This document shows positions 6,141-15,124 of a stretch of DNA of 64,000 nt, piece after piece. How positions within the stretch are numbered: position 1 is the stretch's first letter; each line of letters starts with the position of its first letter. The position numbers and the translations under genes are program-made. The notes below the pieces were generated by a model. The model made no database searches. It worked only from the letters and a program-made list of their open reading frames with translations, and was not told the DNA's origin. The stretch lies in the sequence record MH791414.1; one strand, 5' to 3'.

Positions 6141-6677
6141 ATGTTAGTATCGAAATTAGATCTTTGTAGAGATCTTTATGACCAAGTTTGTAAAATGGCA
6201 TTGTGTATTCATTCTGATATAAAGGACGACCAAAATAGATTGGTCTTCCCCCCAGTTGAATATCAACAAGAATTTGCGTGTTTGTCTATTGATTTAGGAC
6301 GACAGACTGGAAAAACAACTTTTATCGTTGAGTCACTTTTAAAAAATCCAAATTCCATTGCTATAGTAAATAAAGAGATTTGGGTTAGAGAATATGAACA
6401 TATAGAACCGAGTTTGAAGGGTCGTGTATTCAGTCCATCTGGATTTATTAATAAGTTTTATTCTCGCGGATCTACTGAACATGTTGTTTTTGGTAGGAAT
6501 ATACCAAAACATGACATTGTGTTTTTAGATGAGCCATATTTCTTTTGTACACAAGGTCAAATGAATTACACAAATCGGGAGCACTGTACGTATCCGTCCA
6601 AAATGTCCCTAAAATCTCTAATTTTATATGCATCATACCAGTTTGGTGCAGTTAACGTAATGGTTGGAATGAAATGA
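6141..6677 (+). CDS. P-loop NTPase-like protein
   Basis: Walker A-like GRQTGKTT and Walker B-like VFLDE. Confidence 0.65.
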   Translation: MLVSKLDLCRDLYDQVCKMALCIHSDIKDDQNRLVFPPVEYQQEFACLSIDLGRQTGKTTFIVESLLKNPNSIAIVNKEIWVREYEHIEPSLKGRVFSPSGFINKFYSRGSTEHVVFGRNIPKHDIVFLDEPYFFCTQGQMNYTNREHCTYPSKMSLKSLILYASYQFGAVNVMVGMK

Positions 6678-7075
6678 AATTAATAATGAAGTATGATATG
6701 AAACGGATCTCGGATAAAGTATCGAAATTCGTTACATTGGGTTTGGTATCAGTTGCTCGAATCCATTATCTACATCTTACTACAAATAGTTACCCTAGAC
6801 ACATGGCTCTGGACGAGTTCTATAAAGAGTTCCCAGATGGTTACTTAGATAGGGTCGCAGAGAGTGCTTTAGCAAACACTCTAACCCTAACCTATACCGA
6901 ACCTCAACTATCCAATATGGATGCGTTAGAAGTGCTTCAGGGGCTGTATAATGAAGGGGTTGAACTTCTGGAACTACTGGAAGGTAAGAGGGAATTCAAA
7001 GGTACGGTGAATTGTATTGAGGATTCTTTAGAATTCATTAAACTTGTGATATACAAAGTGAAAAGATTCAACTAA
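6674..7075 (+). CDS. ferritin/Dps-like four-helix protein
   Basis: HYLHLTTNSYPRHMALDEFY...LDRVAE motif typical of phage ferritin-like proteins. Confidence 0.6.
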   Translation: MKLIMKYDMKRISDKVSKFVTLGLVSVARIHYLHLTTNSYPRHMALDEFYKEFPDGYLDRVAESALANTLTLTYTEPQLSNMDALEVLQGLYNEGVELLELLEGKREFKGTVNCIEDSLEFIKLVIYKVKRFN

Positions 7076-7099
7076 AAAGGCTCCTTCGGGAGCCTTTTT
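7074..7099 (+). terminator. rho-independent terminator GGCTCC-TTCG-GGAGCC-T5
   Basis: UUCG hairpin plus T tract. Confidence 0.9.
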
Positions 7100-7105
7100 G
7101 TTTTC

Positions 7106-7113
7106 CCTAAATA
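7106..7113 (+). promoter_or_regulatory. late promoter CCTAAATA
   Basis: Between terminator and kinase gene. Confidence 0.75.
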
Positions 7114-7148
7114 CCAAGAGGTATAAATTTAATTTAAGGAAACTAAAA

Positions 7149-8000
7149 ATGAAACGATTTAAAGATTTCGTACTTGAAGAAAAGCTGATGGTCTTCGGTA
7201 AGAAAGCATACCCTCAATTTAATAACGTATTGATTCTAGCCGGTGGTGCTGCTTCTGGTAAAGGTTTTGTTACTCAAAAGCTTATTGGTATGGAAGGTAT
7301 TACACTCGATGTGGATAGAGTAAAAGAGTTGGCAATGGCTTCAACTCGTCTTGCTGCACGTATTAAGAAAGAAACTGGTCATGATATTAAATCCATGAAC
7401 CTGAAGAATCCTGAAGATGTTGCAACCTTACATAATCTGCTTGCCTCTGAATTCAAAGTAACAAAGAACATGGATAAACGTGTATTTAATGGGGTTCTTG
7501 CTGCTCCATCAGATCGTAAACCGAATCTTATCTTTGATGTGACTTTAAAAGAAATGGGTAAGATGGCTCAAATTGCTAAACAAATCCAAGATCTTGGATA
7601 TGATAAAAAGAATATTCATATTTGTTGGGTAATGAATGACGTTCATGTTGCTATCGAACAGAATAAAACAAGATCTAGAACGGTTCCTTTGGAGATCTTG
7701 ATTGGTACACATGAAGGTGCGGCACTAACTTTCAAAACCTTAATGGCTATGGGTGAAGGCGCAAGGAATTATGCAGATGGTGATTGGTATATATCTTTTA
7801 ACAAAGCAGGTATTGATACCAATTGGAAAACCTCTGGTAAAGGTGGTGGATATATGATGGATGCGAATTACATGAAGGTTAAATCTCAAGGTAAAGCCCC
7901 AATGAAAGCATCTGAACTCGATCAAGCGGTAATTAAAAAGATTACTGATTACACACCTAACCCTGAAACTTGGGGTATGTTGATGAAACCTAACAAGTAA
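7149..8000 (+). CDS. P-loop nucleotide kinase (zeta-toxin/AAA_33-like) with capsid-targeting-like leader
   Basis: GGAASGKG Walker A, LIFDVT; AAGGA SD; begins MKRFKDFVLEE. Confidence 0.75.
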   Translation: MKRFKDFVLEEKLMVFGKKAYPQFNNVLILAGGAASGKGFVTQKLIGMEGITLDVDRVKELAMASTRLAARIKKETGHDIKSMNLKNPEDVATLHNLLASEFKVTKNMDKRVFNGVLAAPSDRKPNLIFDVTLKEMGKMAQIAKQIQDLGYDKKNIHICWVMNDVHVAIEQNKTRSRTVPLEILIGTHEGAALTFKTLMAMGEGARNYADGDWYISFNKAGIDTNWKTSGKGGGYMMDANYMKVKSQGKAPMKASELDQAVIKKITDYTPNPETWGMLMKPNK

Positions 8001-8041
8001 ATAGTAATGGGGAATTCTCCCCATTTTTGGAGAAAAATAAA

Positions 8042-8818
8042 ATGGCTATTGTTTATTACAAAGCAGGTGAAGCGGTTGCGATGTCTTCAACCAATTCCGA
8101 AGTTGGAACCACATATGTGTGGAAAAAAGGCACTAGTGTCATTTCCGGTCAGACAGGGAAAGATTTTTCTATTTCTGCGATGGCTGAAGGTGATATCGGC
8201 GTTTATACTGTTGAAGCAACCCCAACGGCTGGGGATCCGGTTACAGATACATTCTCGATTGGTTTGGTATCCCTGAATGATGGTGGTTTGACCCCATCAA
8301 CCGTACAAGTCACAGAAGGTCAGGCTATCAATTTGACCACTAATTTTTCTGTGTCTTTTAATCCTACCCCAGATTCTACACAGGCTAGTGATTATTCGCT
8401 TCAATACCAATGGAAAAAGCAAACTACCAACGTACCTAGCGCGACAAGTAAAGATTTGACTATTGCAACTTCTGTGGTTGCTGACTCGGGGACTTATAAT
8501 ATTCAAGTAAACTTGATGAAAAGTTCTTCTGTCTACGTTACATCAACTAGAAAGGTTGCTGACGTTACAGTTTCCGCAGTTGTTCCAGCTCCCTTATGGT
8601 ACGTCATTCCACTTGAATATCGTAATACTAGCTTTACTTGGATTGGATATTGGGTACTTGATGAAATCATGGCAACACCCGGTTGGTTTGCTGACCATAG
8701 CACAATGAAATATAAGGATGAAATTGCGCTTATCGTATCCGCATTCAACGAATACGGTGATTGTTTGCTTATGGAATCTCGAAATGGACGGATCCTTAAA
8801 GTTAGTGATCTGAAATAA
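8042..8818 (+). CDS. hoc: Hoc head outer capsid protein with Ig domains
   Basis: Ig-like repeats plus C-terminal capsid-binding domain with WIGYWVLDEI and ESRNG motifs as in T4 Hoc. Confidence 0.88.
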   Translation: MAIVYYKAGEAVAMSSTNSEVGTTYVWKKGTSVISGQTGKDFSISAMAEGDIGVYTVEATPTAGDPVTDTFSIGLVSLNDGGLTPSTVQVTEGQAINLTTNFSVSFNPTPDSTQASDYSLQYQWKKQTTNVPSATSKDLTIATSVVADSGTYNIQVNLMKSSSVYVTSTRKVADVTVSAVVPAPLWYVIPLEYRNTSFTWIGYWVLDEIMATPGWFADHSTMKYKDEIALIVSAFNEYGDCLLMESRNGRILKVSDLK

Positions 8819-8821
8819 TAA

Positions 8822-8844
8822 TAGGCTCCTTCGGGAGCCTTTTT
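8822..8844 (+). terminator. terminator GGCTCC-TTCG-GGAGCC-T5
   Basis: Same hairpin as at 7074. Confidence 0.9.
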
Positions 8845-8849
8845 CATTT

Positions 8850-8857
8850 CCTAAATA
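8850..8857 (+). promoter_or_regulatory. late promoter CCTAAATA
   Basis: Between terminator and ParB-like gene. Confidence 0.75.
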
Positions 8858-8876
8858 AAAATAAAAGGATTCACCA

Positions 8877-9305
8877 ATGTTGTATAAAAAAAGTTTAGGT
8901 ATAGAACGGCATAACATGCCACAAATAGAAGCTAAAAACGTCCCAATTTTTCTAGAATGGTTGATGATACAGACTAGTAAACCATGGAAAAAAGAGGCGG
9001 TTCGGGTAGGTTCTTTACTTCCTACTCAAAAAGAATATAATCCAGAAAAAGTAAAAAATATGATGAATGCACCCGATGAAGTTTTGACAAAACCAATTAT
9101 AGTTTCTTCTGATAACTATATTTTGGATGGACATCACAGATATAGTGCTATGCTAGAGAAAAACCCATTTATGAATTTTGAGATCTTCCGGGTTGACTTG
9201 GATATCAAAGAACTGTTAGAATACGCCGACAGATTTCCTTTGACCTTCAAAAAAGGGTTAAATGAAAAAATTAGTTTCTTACAGTTCCAAAAGAGGTTTA
9301 TTTGA
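8877..9305 (+). CDS. ParB/sulfiredoxin-fold protein
   Basis: LLPTQ...PIIVSSDNYILDGHHR signature. Confidence 0.8.
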   Translation: MLYKKSLGIERHNMPQIEAKNVPIFLEWLMIQTSKPWKKEAVRVGSLLPTQKEYNPEKVKNMMNAPDEVLTKPIIVSSDNYILDGHHRYSAMLEKNPFMNFEIFRVDLDIKELLEYADRFPLTFKKGLNEKISFLQFQKRFI

Positions 9306-9874
9306 TGGCTAGTTTGCACTTTCATTATGCAGCGATGAATTCTGGTAAGTCTACTCACTTGCTACAAGTTGCACACAATTACGAAGAACGTAACATGAAT
9401 GTTCTCGTTATAAAACCAATTATCGATACAAGGGATGGAGATACCGTATCAGCCCGGATTGGTATCTCAAGACCAGCAATTATGGTATCTGAGAAAGAAA
9501 ATTTGACAGACCTTTATCTTAGCTATAGAATCGGGAAAAAAATTGATTGTATTTTGGTTGATGAAGCACAATTCTTGACTAAAGCCCAAGTATATCAACT
9601 CGGAAATATAGTGGATTGGTATGGTGTACCTGTGATGTGCTATGGTCTTCTTTCCGATTCAAACGGTGAACTTTTTCCCGGATCCGCAGCTTTGACCGTT
9701 TTAGCAGAAAAGAAGGTGGAACATAAGACCATCTGTTGGTGTGGGAAAAAAGCTACTATGAACATGCGTATTGATGAAGCAGGAAACAAAGTGATTGGTG
9801 AACAGGTTTGTATTGGTGGTAACGACAGATATGTTTCTGTGTGTCGTGAACATTGGTCCTCTGGTAAGTCGTAA
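9305..9874 (+). CDS. tk: thymidine kinase
   Basis: AMNSGKST P-loop, LVDEAQF, CYGL, Zn-site CWC...CREH. Confidence 0.97.
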   Translation: MASLHFHYAAMNSGKSTHLLQVAHNYEERNMNVLVIKPIIDTRDGDTVSARIGISRPAIMVSEKENLTDLYLSYRIGKKIDCILVDEAQFLTKAQVYQLGNIVDWYGVPVMCYGLLSDSNGELFPGSAALTVLAEKKVEHKTICWCGKKATMNMRIDEAGNKVIGEQVCIGGNDRYVSVCREHWSSGKS

Positions 9875-9903
9875 AAAGGATCCCCTTGTGGGGATCCTTT
9901 TTT
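9873..9903 (+). terminator. terminator AGGATCCCC-TTGT-GGGGATCCT-T
   Basis: 9-bp stem plus T tract. Confidence 0.9.
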
Positions 9904-9904
9904 C

Positions 9905-9933
9905 TTGACAACTGTAAAAAATTAGTTTAATCT
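9905..9933 (+). promoter_or_regulatory. sigma70-type early promoter
   Basis: TTGACA-17-TAATCT. Confidence 0.6.
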
Positions 9934-9955
9934 ACCAAGACAAATGGAGGTATCT

Positions 9956-10444
9956 ATGAGTAATAAGAAATATATTAAGTCGTTAGGTCACAACGAGGTT
10001 GTAAAATGTTTGGGGTTTCCTTTTGGTATTCTGGATCATTTTCCTGCTAGGTCATATTGGCATCCAGAAACTAGAGGATATAAGACAAAAATTTTTCCAC
10101 CAGTTGTTTGCTTTACAGATGCTCTTTGGGCAGTTAGGCTTTTTGAAAAACGACTTAGAAAAGTAGGATATAAGCTTGATGGTTTCTATACCTTGGATTT
10201 TTCTGTTCTGTCTATGAATGACTGTGAATTTGATTATAAATATCATAACAGTATTGGATTCACATATAGACATGATATAGATAAAATTCTCATTCGACTG
10301 ATTGTTGACGGCGAACCTATCTGTGTGAGATACTTAGGCCAGAATCGAGAATTTCTAAATATTTTTCAGAATTTTGGTGTGTTTAACCAACCACCAGACG
10401 AAATTATTAAATTTGTACAAGATTGTAGAGATAATGTTAAATGA
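9956..10444 (+). CDS. hypothetical protein
   Basis: GGAGG SD before ATG 9956. Confidence 0.7.
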   Translation: MSNKKYIKSLGHNEVVKCLGFPFGILDHFPARSYWHPETRGYKTKIFPPVVCFTDALWAVRLFEKRLRKVGYKLDGFYTLDFSVLSMNDCEFDYKYHNSIGFTYRHDIDKILIRLIVDGEPICVRYLGQNREFLNIFQNFGVFNQPPDEIIKFVQDCRDNVK

Positions 10445-10767
10445 GATACACAAGAGAAGTCACAGTAACAAAAACCTATGAAGTTAGCATCGAAGATTTT
10501 GTAAACTACCACCTTCGAGAGATCCGACCATACGAAGATGTATATGACTTTTATGTTTCTTCTAATAATGGGTTTATCAGTCGATGTTTTTCATTGAAAA
10601 AATCGTTGTTCTCCTCTTATGATTGTGATATATTGGATTTTGAACCTAGCTCTTGTACAGAAGGATATAAAACAAAATATCCTGAAAATTACGAGAAACA
10701 CAAGAAAGTATGTCAAGTGTTGATTGAAGTGTTTAACAAAAACAAAAAACTAGTTGGAGAAGAATGA
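10441..10767 (+). CDS. hypothetical protein, paralog of 30460..30744
   Basis: Shared EIRPYxDxYDF...FSLxKSLFS. Confidence 0.75.
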   Translation: MRYTREVTVTKTYEVSIEDFVNYHLREIRPYEDVYDFYVSSNNGFISRCFSLKKSLFSSYDCDILDFEPSSCTEGYKTKYPENYEKHKKVCQVLIEVFNKNKKLVGEE

Positions 10768-11372
10768 TGTCAAGTGGAAAAGCAACTTTGCGGTCTACCG
10801 CAAAACATGCACGACGTCAAGCACAAAACCGTCGTTGTATTAAAAAGTTTTTGTTGGGGGTTGGCCTAACTGGGAAATCCGAAGGCTTGAAGGATCTACA
10901 TAGCTATTTTGATTCTGGTCATATTTCGTGGCGAATTCGACATATCAAGAAAAAACTAATAGAACATTTAAATTGTAACAATTTTGGTGCAAGTGAATTG
11001 CAGTTTAAATTTGTTAAGGCGAGTTATTCGGCGGAGGGTTCCGACACATGGCATTTTGTTGTATTGCCAGATAACCACAAACGGTTTGGTAATTTTCTAA
11101 ACTCCCTTAATATTCGGTGGTCTTTTAAAGGGTATGGGCAAGAGATAATTATCCCCATTATTCAGGAATTGGAAGATAAACCAGTAAAATACCGTCAACC
11201 AAAAATCGAAATCTCCGTAGGTGTTGTTGGGGATAGTGTGGTCTCTCTGATGAAACACATCGACGAACTATCTATATTGAAAGTTGATCTTAGTCAAAAG
11301 ATGGTGCGTGTTGATAACGACATTCGTATTGCAAAACAAAAATTGTCTAAAATTATGACGAAATATCTATAA
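10764..11372 (+). CDS. hypothetical protein
   Basis: 202 aa, ATGA overlap with upstream gene. Confidence 0.7.
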   Translation: MMSSGKATLRSTAKHARRQAQNRRCIKKFLLGVGLTGKSEGLKDLHSYFDSGHISWRIRHIKKKLIEHLNCNNFGASELQFKFVKASYSAEGSDTWHFVVLPDNHKRFGNFLNSLNIRWSFKGYGQEIIIPIIQELEDKPVKYRQPKIEISVGVVGDSVVSLMKHIDELSILKVDLSQKMVRVDNDIRIAKQKLSKIMTKYL

Positions 11373-11378
11373 ATACTG

Positions 11379-11407
11379 TTTACATCGATACACCTTTGAT
11401 GTAATAT
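11379..11407 (+). promoter_or_regulatory. sigma70-type early promoter
   Basis: TTTACA-17-TAATAT. Confidence 0.7.
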
Positions 11408-11435
11408 GGATTTGTTGATTAGGAACGGAGAAGAT

Positions 11436-11774
11436 ATGAAAACCATCGACTGTAAAGACCCATATGTTGAGTTTTACCATGGTTCTTGTACCAAGGCGTT
11501 GAAAGGAAACATGCTTCTCCCACCAGAAATGACCGAAACTATCTCTGAGAAGGGTAGAAAGAAAAACCTAGACCGGGTATTTTTTACCAAAGACCGTGGA
11601 CTTGCAAAGGTTTATGCTCGTAGGGCGGCCCGCTCTATCGGTGGTGAACCTACATTGTTTCGTGTTGTTTGTCCTGTAGATACTGTTTTTATGTCTGAAA
11701 CTCCGGGTGCAACTGTGTATCATGCAGCTTGGGCCTTTGTTGAACAAATCCCATTCGGAAAACTGAGCGATTAA
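11436..11774 (+). CDS. Arr-like ADP-ribosyltransferase fold protein
   Basis: FYHGS...VFFT..LAKVYA...GEPTLFRV matches the H-Y ART pattern of rifampin ART Arr. Confidence 0.65.
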   Translation: MKTIDCKDPYVEFYHGSCTKALKGNMLLPPEMTETISEKGRKKNLDRVFFTKDRGLAKVYARRAARSIGGEPTLFRVVCPVDTVFMSETPGATVYHAAWAFVEQIPFGKLSD

Positions 11775-11784
11775 GGAAATTATT

Positions 11785-12159
11785 ATGGAATTCAAACTTG
11801 ACGATTCGAATCTGGTTATTAACCATCTGTTTCTGGACCAGTCCGACGAAATTTTGGAAAAGATCCGAGAAACCCGAAATAAAGACATTAAAGATGAACC
11901 TTTCAAGCTTTCTATCCTGATCAATGGTGTTCAAATTGAGCACGTTCAATCATATGAAGACTTCATGAAGTATCAATACGAAGTGATGGAAAACCGCATC
12001 AAGAAAGATTATGGTGTTGAACACTTTGATCGCCGGGTGCGTGAAGCCGCCGAACAACTTATCAAGCAGAAGTTTGGTGATTTGATGAACAAAATGTACG
12101 ATTTTGAAAATTCTGTTGATTTTTGCAACGATGTAATTCAAAAAGAGTGGGGGATGTGA
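11785..12159 (+). CDS. hypothetical protein
   Basis: 124 aa, AAGGA SD. Confidence 0.7.
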   Translation: MEFKLDDSNLVINHLFLDQSDEILEKIRETRNKDIKDEPFKLSILINGVQIEHVQSYEDFMKYQYEVMENRIKKDYGVEHFDRRVREAAEQLIKQKFGDLMNKMYDFENSVDFCNDVIQKEWGM

Positions 12160-12665
12160 TGAAAAAGCTTTATGTAGAAAAATCAGTAATGAAAGAAGTA
12201 CAAGGGAGTATGGTTGAAGAGGGATGCGGATTTAACTATAAATCAACACGTCTAGTTGTGTCTGTTATTAAAAAAACTCAGGGTGTAGTATCGCAACTTA
12301 TCGCATCTAATACAGGGATAACTATTATTCTAGATCAGATTAATTCAGCTGGAGGTGTTCGTGTTTCTGAATATACTTCAAATGGGTCTGTTTCTGATGT
12401 AACTGATATATCTATGTTTGGGATGACCTTACTGAACGGAGATCTGTTTACAAAAAAACAAGAGAAAGTGACTGAATTTAGGCAGCTTCAAATCGGCGAC
12501 GTTCTCACTATTGGTGTCCGTAGAAACAAAAACCCAAAAGATATTTCCGTTTCCTTTATTGGTCAGGATGGTTCTGCTTTCGCGACGGATTGTAATGGTA
12601 AATCATACTTCATCAATAGAAACGACCGGGATCAACTAAAATCTCTGAAATTGAAATTGATGTAA
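12159..12665 (+). CDS. hypothetical protein
   Basis: Start at MKKLYV overlapping upstream stop. Confidence 0.7.
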   Translation: MKKLYVEKSVMKEVQGSMVEEGCGFNYKSTRLVVSVIKKTQGVVSQLIASNTGITIILDQINSAGGVRVSEYTSNGSVSDVTDISMFGMTLLNGDLFTKKQEKVTEFRQLQIGDVLTIGVRRNKNPKDISVSFIGQDGSAFATDCNGKSYFINRNDRDQLKSLKLKLM

Positions 12666-12673
12666 TAAATTGT

Positions 12674-12703
12674 TTGACACGTCCAATCACTATCTGATAT
12701 TCT
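12674..12703 (+). promoter_or_regulatory. sigma70-type early promoter
   Basis: TTGACA followed by TATTCT. Confidence 0.55.
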
Positions 12704-12733
12704 CTATCTCGTAAACAAACAAGAGGATTTATC

Positions 12734-13303
12734 ATGAAAAAAGATACTATTGTTAAACTGAACCCGAACTCGATGTGGGCTGACGGTACGGCTGAAAATC
12801 CGTTAGATACTACCGGTCGGGTCACTCAAAACTGTAGTAGTTGGGTCTATGTTCAGTGGGATAACGGTTGTGAAAACGTATATGATGATATCGATCTGAT
12901 CGTTTTGTCTGAACCGGTCGAAACCGTGAACCTCCCGGTTGTCGAGCAGGATTACGGAAGCGGGAAATTTAACGACGATTTTGTCAAGTCTGTCATGAAA
13001 GAAATCGAAGAATATCACAAACAATATCTGGTAGATCATCCTCATGACTGGGATTGTGTTGGTTGGGCAAATGTTTGTGTCGAGTTCGGTCGTAAACGCA
13101 AGCTTAAACAACAAATCCTCGATCTTGGTTTTGAAATTGCATTCAAAACCGGTACAGAAACTGTACTAAATCCTAAATTCAAGGTCCCGAATTGTGGTCA
13201 TCAATCAATGACTTATAACGAGGACCGATATCGGATCATCTGTAAAGAAATAAATAACATCGTCGGTGAAAAAGTCGCCTACATTAAATCTTATATGGAC
13301 TAA
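12734..13303 (+). CDS. hypothetical two-domain protein (N-terminal VQWDNG module)
   Basis: GAGGA SD, 189 aa. Confidence 0.75.
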   Translation: MKKDTIVKLNPNSMWADGTAENPLDTTGRVTQNCSSWVYVQWDNGCENVYDDIDLIVLSEPVETVNLPVVEQDYGSGKFNDDFVKSVMKEIEEYHKQYLVDHPHDWDCVGWANVCVEFGRKRKLKQQILDLGFEIAFKTGTETVLNPKFKVPNCGHQSMTYNEDRYRIICKEINNIVGEKVAYIKSYMD

Positions 13304-13306
13304 AAT

Positions 13307-13834
13307 ATGGAAACAAAACAATTTAAATTCAAAAGTTTAGAAGCCCGGAAAAAATTCAAGTCTGCGGGGAAAACCAACCAATTCATTCTGGATAATTATT
13401 TTAAAATCGGTATTCTGAACCTCAGTTTCACCGAGTTGCTTAACGCACCCCAACGTGGTTTTATCAATCATTTTATTGACAAGGATGGTAATGAAGTGAT
13501 TGACGATATTAATGTAATTGATATCGATGAATTTACAGAACTGTTTGAAGAAAAACCGGAATCCAAATCGAAAGTTGGGTCTCCTGAAAAAGGTGTTCTT
13601 GATGAGGATCTATTGTTTCAGCATATTTCACGAGAGCTAGGAACTGAACCTTTACAAAAATCTCAAGAACCGTTTAAGAGTTCCGTTCTTATTGAAGCCC
13701 CATTGAAACCGATTAATTGGTCCCTAGAAAAGGCTATTATGGAGATGGTTCTTAGGGAATATAAAACAGCTGGTGATATGGATATCCGTATTACCATTAA
13801 AAATGGTAAGGTGGAATACAGTGTTAAACTCTAA
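13307..13834 (+). CDS. hypothetical protein with N-terminal FKS module
   Basis: KFKSLEARKKF, see paralog family finding. Confidence 0.7.
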   Translation: METKQFKFKSLEARKKFKSAGKTNQFILDNYFKIGILNLSFTELLNAPQRGFINHFIDKDGNEVIDDINVIDIDEFTELFEEKPESKSKVGSPEKGVLDEDLLFQHISRELGTEPLQKSQEPFKSSVLIEAPLKPINWSLEKAIMEMVLREYKTAGDMDIRITIKNGKVEYSVKL

Positions 13835-13850
13835 CGATCTACCAGAAAGG

Positions 13851-14105
13851 ATGTTAGTACGAGGTCGATATGAATTTCGATCTCTTGAAGCTAGGTATGA
13901 CTACCGGACTCGCACCATACAAAATCGTTTTAATTATGAATTGCTAAAAGATGGTTTCCGGATTTTTCATATCGACGAAGACGAAAATGTAATTGCGATT
14001 TGTAGTTTGGATGATGTTCATGGCGAGCGTCCTTTCTATTTGAACGATGGGACGGTTTTTATTAATCGTTCTGAGAGTGTGTTGTTTATTAGGAAAATTG
14101 AATGA
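13851..14105 (+). CDS. hypothetical protein (FRS variant of FKS module)
   Basis: AAGG SD, YEFRSLEAR. Confidence 0.6.
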   Translation: MLVRGRYEFRSLEARYDYRTRTIQNRFNYELLKDGFRIFHIDEDENVIAICSLDDVHGERPFYLNDGTVFINRSESVLFIRKIE

Positions 14106-14389
14106 ACCTAAAACATATCAAAATATTGTGTCGTAATTTCGGTAGAGACGCCGAAATTATTTTGAACAACGAAAAACACATGGGATTTAAGGATTGGAGT
14201 TACGATTTCGTTACTCTTGACGAAAGTCGAGAGGAAGAATTCAATAACAATACGGTAAATTTTTATTTTATCTCCGGTGGGAATACAATTTTCCATCCTG
14301 TCAACTTGGTCGTTTTGGATAGTTCACCAGACTGGGTTGTTGGTGAGTTTTATAAAGAGATCCACGAATATAATAAAGGTATGAAATGA
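14102..14389 (+). CDS. hypothetical protein
   Basis: ATGA overlaps on both sides. Confidence 0.65.
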   Translation: MNLKHIKILCRNFGRDAEIILNNEKHMGFKDWSYDFVTLDESREEEFNNNTVNFYFISGGNTIFHPVNLVVLDSSPDWVVGEFYKEIHEYNKGMK

Positions 14390-14883
14390 AAATTAAATAT
14401 ATCTCCGGTGATATGATTGATATGATGAAAGATCCGGAATGGCTAAAAGTCCCGACAATTTTTGTTCATGGTTGTAATTGTCATACAGCAATGAATTCTG
14501 GTATTGCGGGTGGTATTTCGAAATTTTTCCCTGAAGCCCCAGAAGCAGACCGTCTTTATCAAAAGTTGTTCAAACAAAAAGATGGAACCGTTTCTATGGA
14601 TATGCTTGGATTATATAGTTGGATTCCACTTGAATATGGTTCTAAACTTGTAAATCTATACACCCAATATTTCCCCGGTCCAGATCTTCGTTTAGAAGCT
14701 TTAGAAGAAGGGTTTATTAATATTGCGTCAGATTATGGATATGATGGATATCGTTTAGTCTTTCCAAAAATCGGTGCAGGTATTGCCGGTGGTGATTGGG
14801 AAGTAATTTCAAAGGTTATCGAGAATACATTGGACGATGACGATTTTGAAGAAGTCATTTGTGTTGAATGGGATAAACGATGA
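14386..14883 (+). CDS. macrodomain ADP-ribose hydrolase (T4 tk.4-like)
   Basis: GDM...VHGCNC..MNSGIA...FPKIGAGIAGGDW. Confidence 0.9.
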   Translation: MKIKYISGDMIDMMKDPEWLKVPTIFVHGCNCHTAMNSGIAGGISKFFPEAPEADRLYQKLFKQKDGTVSMDMLGLYSWIPLEYGSKLVNLYTQYFPGPDLRLEALEEGFINIASDYGYDGYRLVFPKIGAGIAGGDWEVISKVIENTLDDDDFEEVICVEWDKR

Positions 14884-15059
14884 CCCACAACCCAACAGAA
14901 TTAGAGGTCATCTATGCGGAGATGTATGAAAGTTTGTTGTTGAGGCTAGGAAGACCATACGCCGATATAGAAATGATATTGATCCTTCAACACGAAGGCT
15001 TATCTTCAACCGAGTCAATTAAAGTAGTTGAGTACGTTAGGAAAGTGAACGGGATTTAA
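14880..15059 (+). CDS. 59-aa hypothetical protein
   Basis: Hand-translated MTHNPTELEVIYAEMYES..., ATGA overlap. Confidence 0.55.
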   Translation: MTHNPTELEVIYAEMYESLLLRLGRPYADIEMILILQHEGLSSTESIKVVEYVRKVNGI

Positions 15060-15070
15060 TATATCTCTCA

Positions 15071-15104
15071 AAGGCTCCAACCTAAATAAGGTTGGAGCCT
15101 TTTT
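15071..15104 (+). terminator. terminator whose loop carries the late promoter
   Basis: AAGGCTCCAACC-TAAATAA-GGTTGGAGCCTT-TTT. Confidence 0.8.
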
Positions 15105-15124
15105 GTTTTTGGAGATTAAATTAA

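Noticed and set aside
11368-11375. TATAAATA just upstream of the ART early promoter
   Set aside because: Overlaps a stop codon in AT-rich sequence; this phage's late boxes read CCTAAATA, so likely chance
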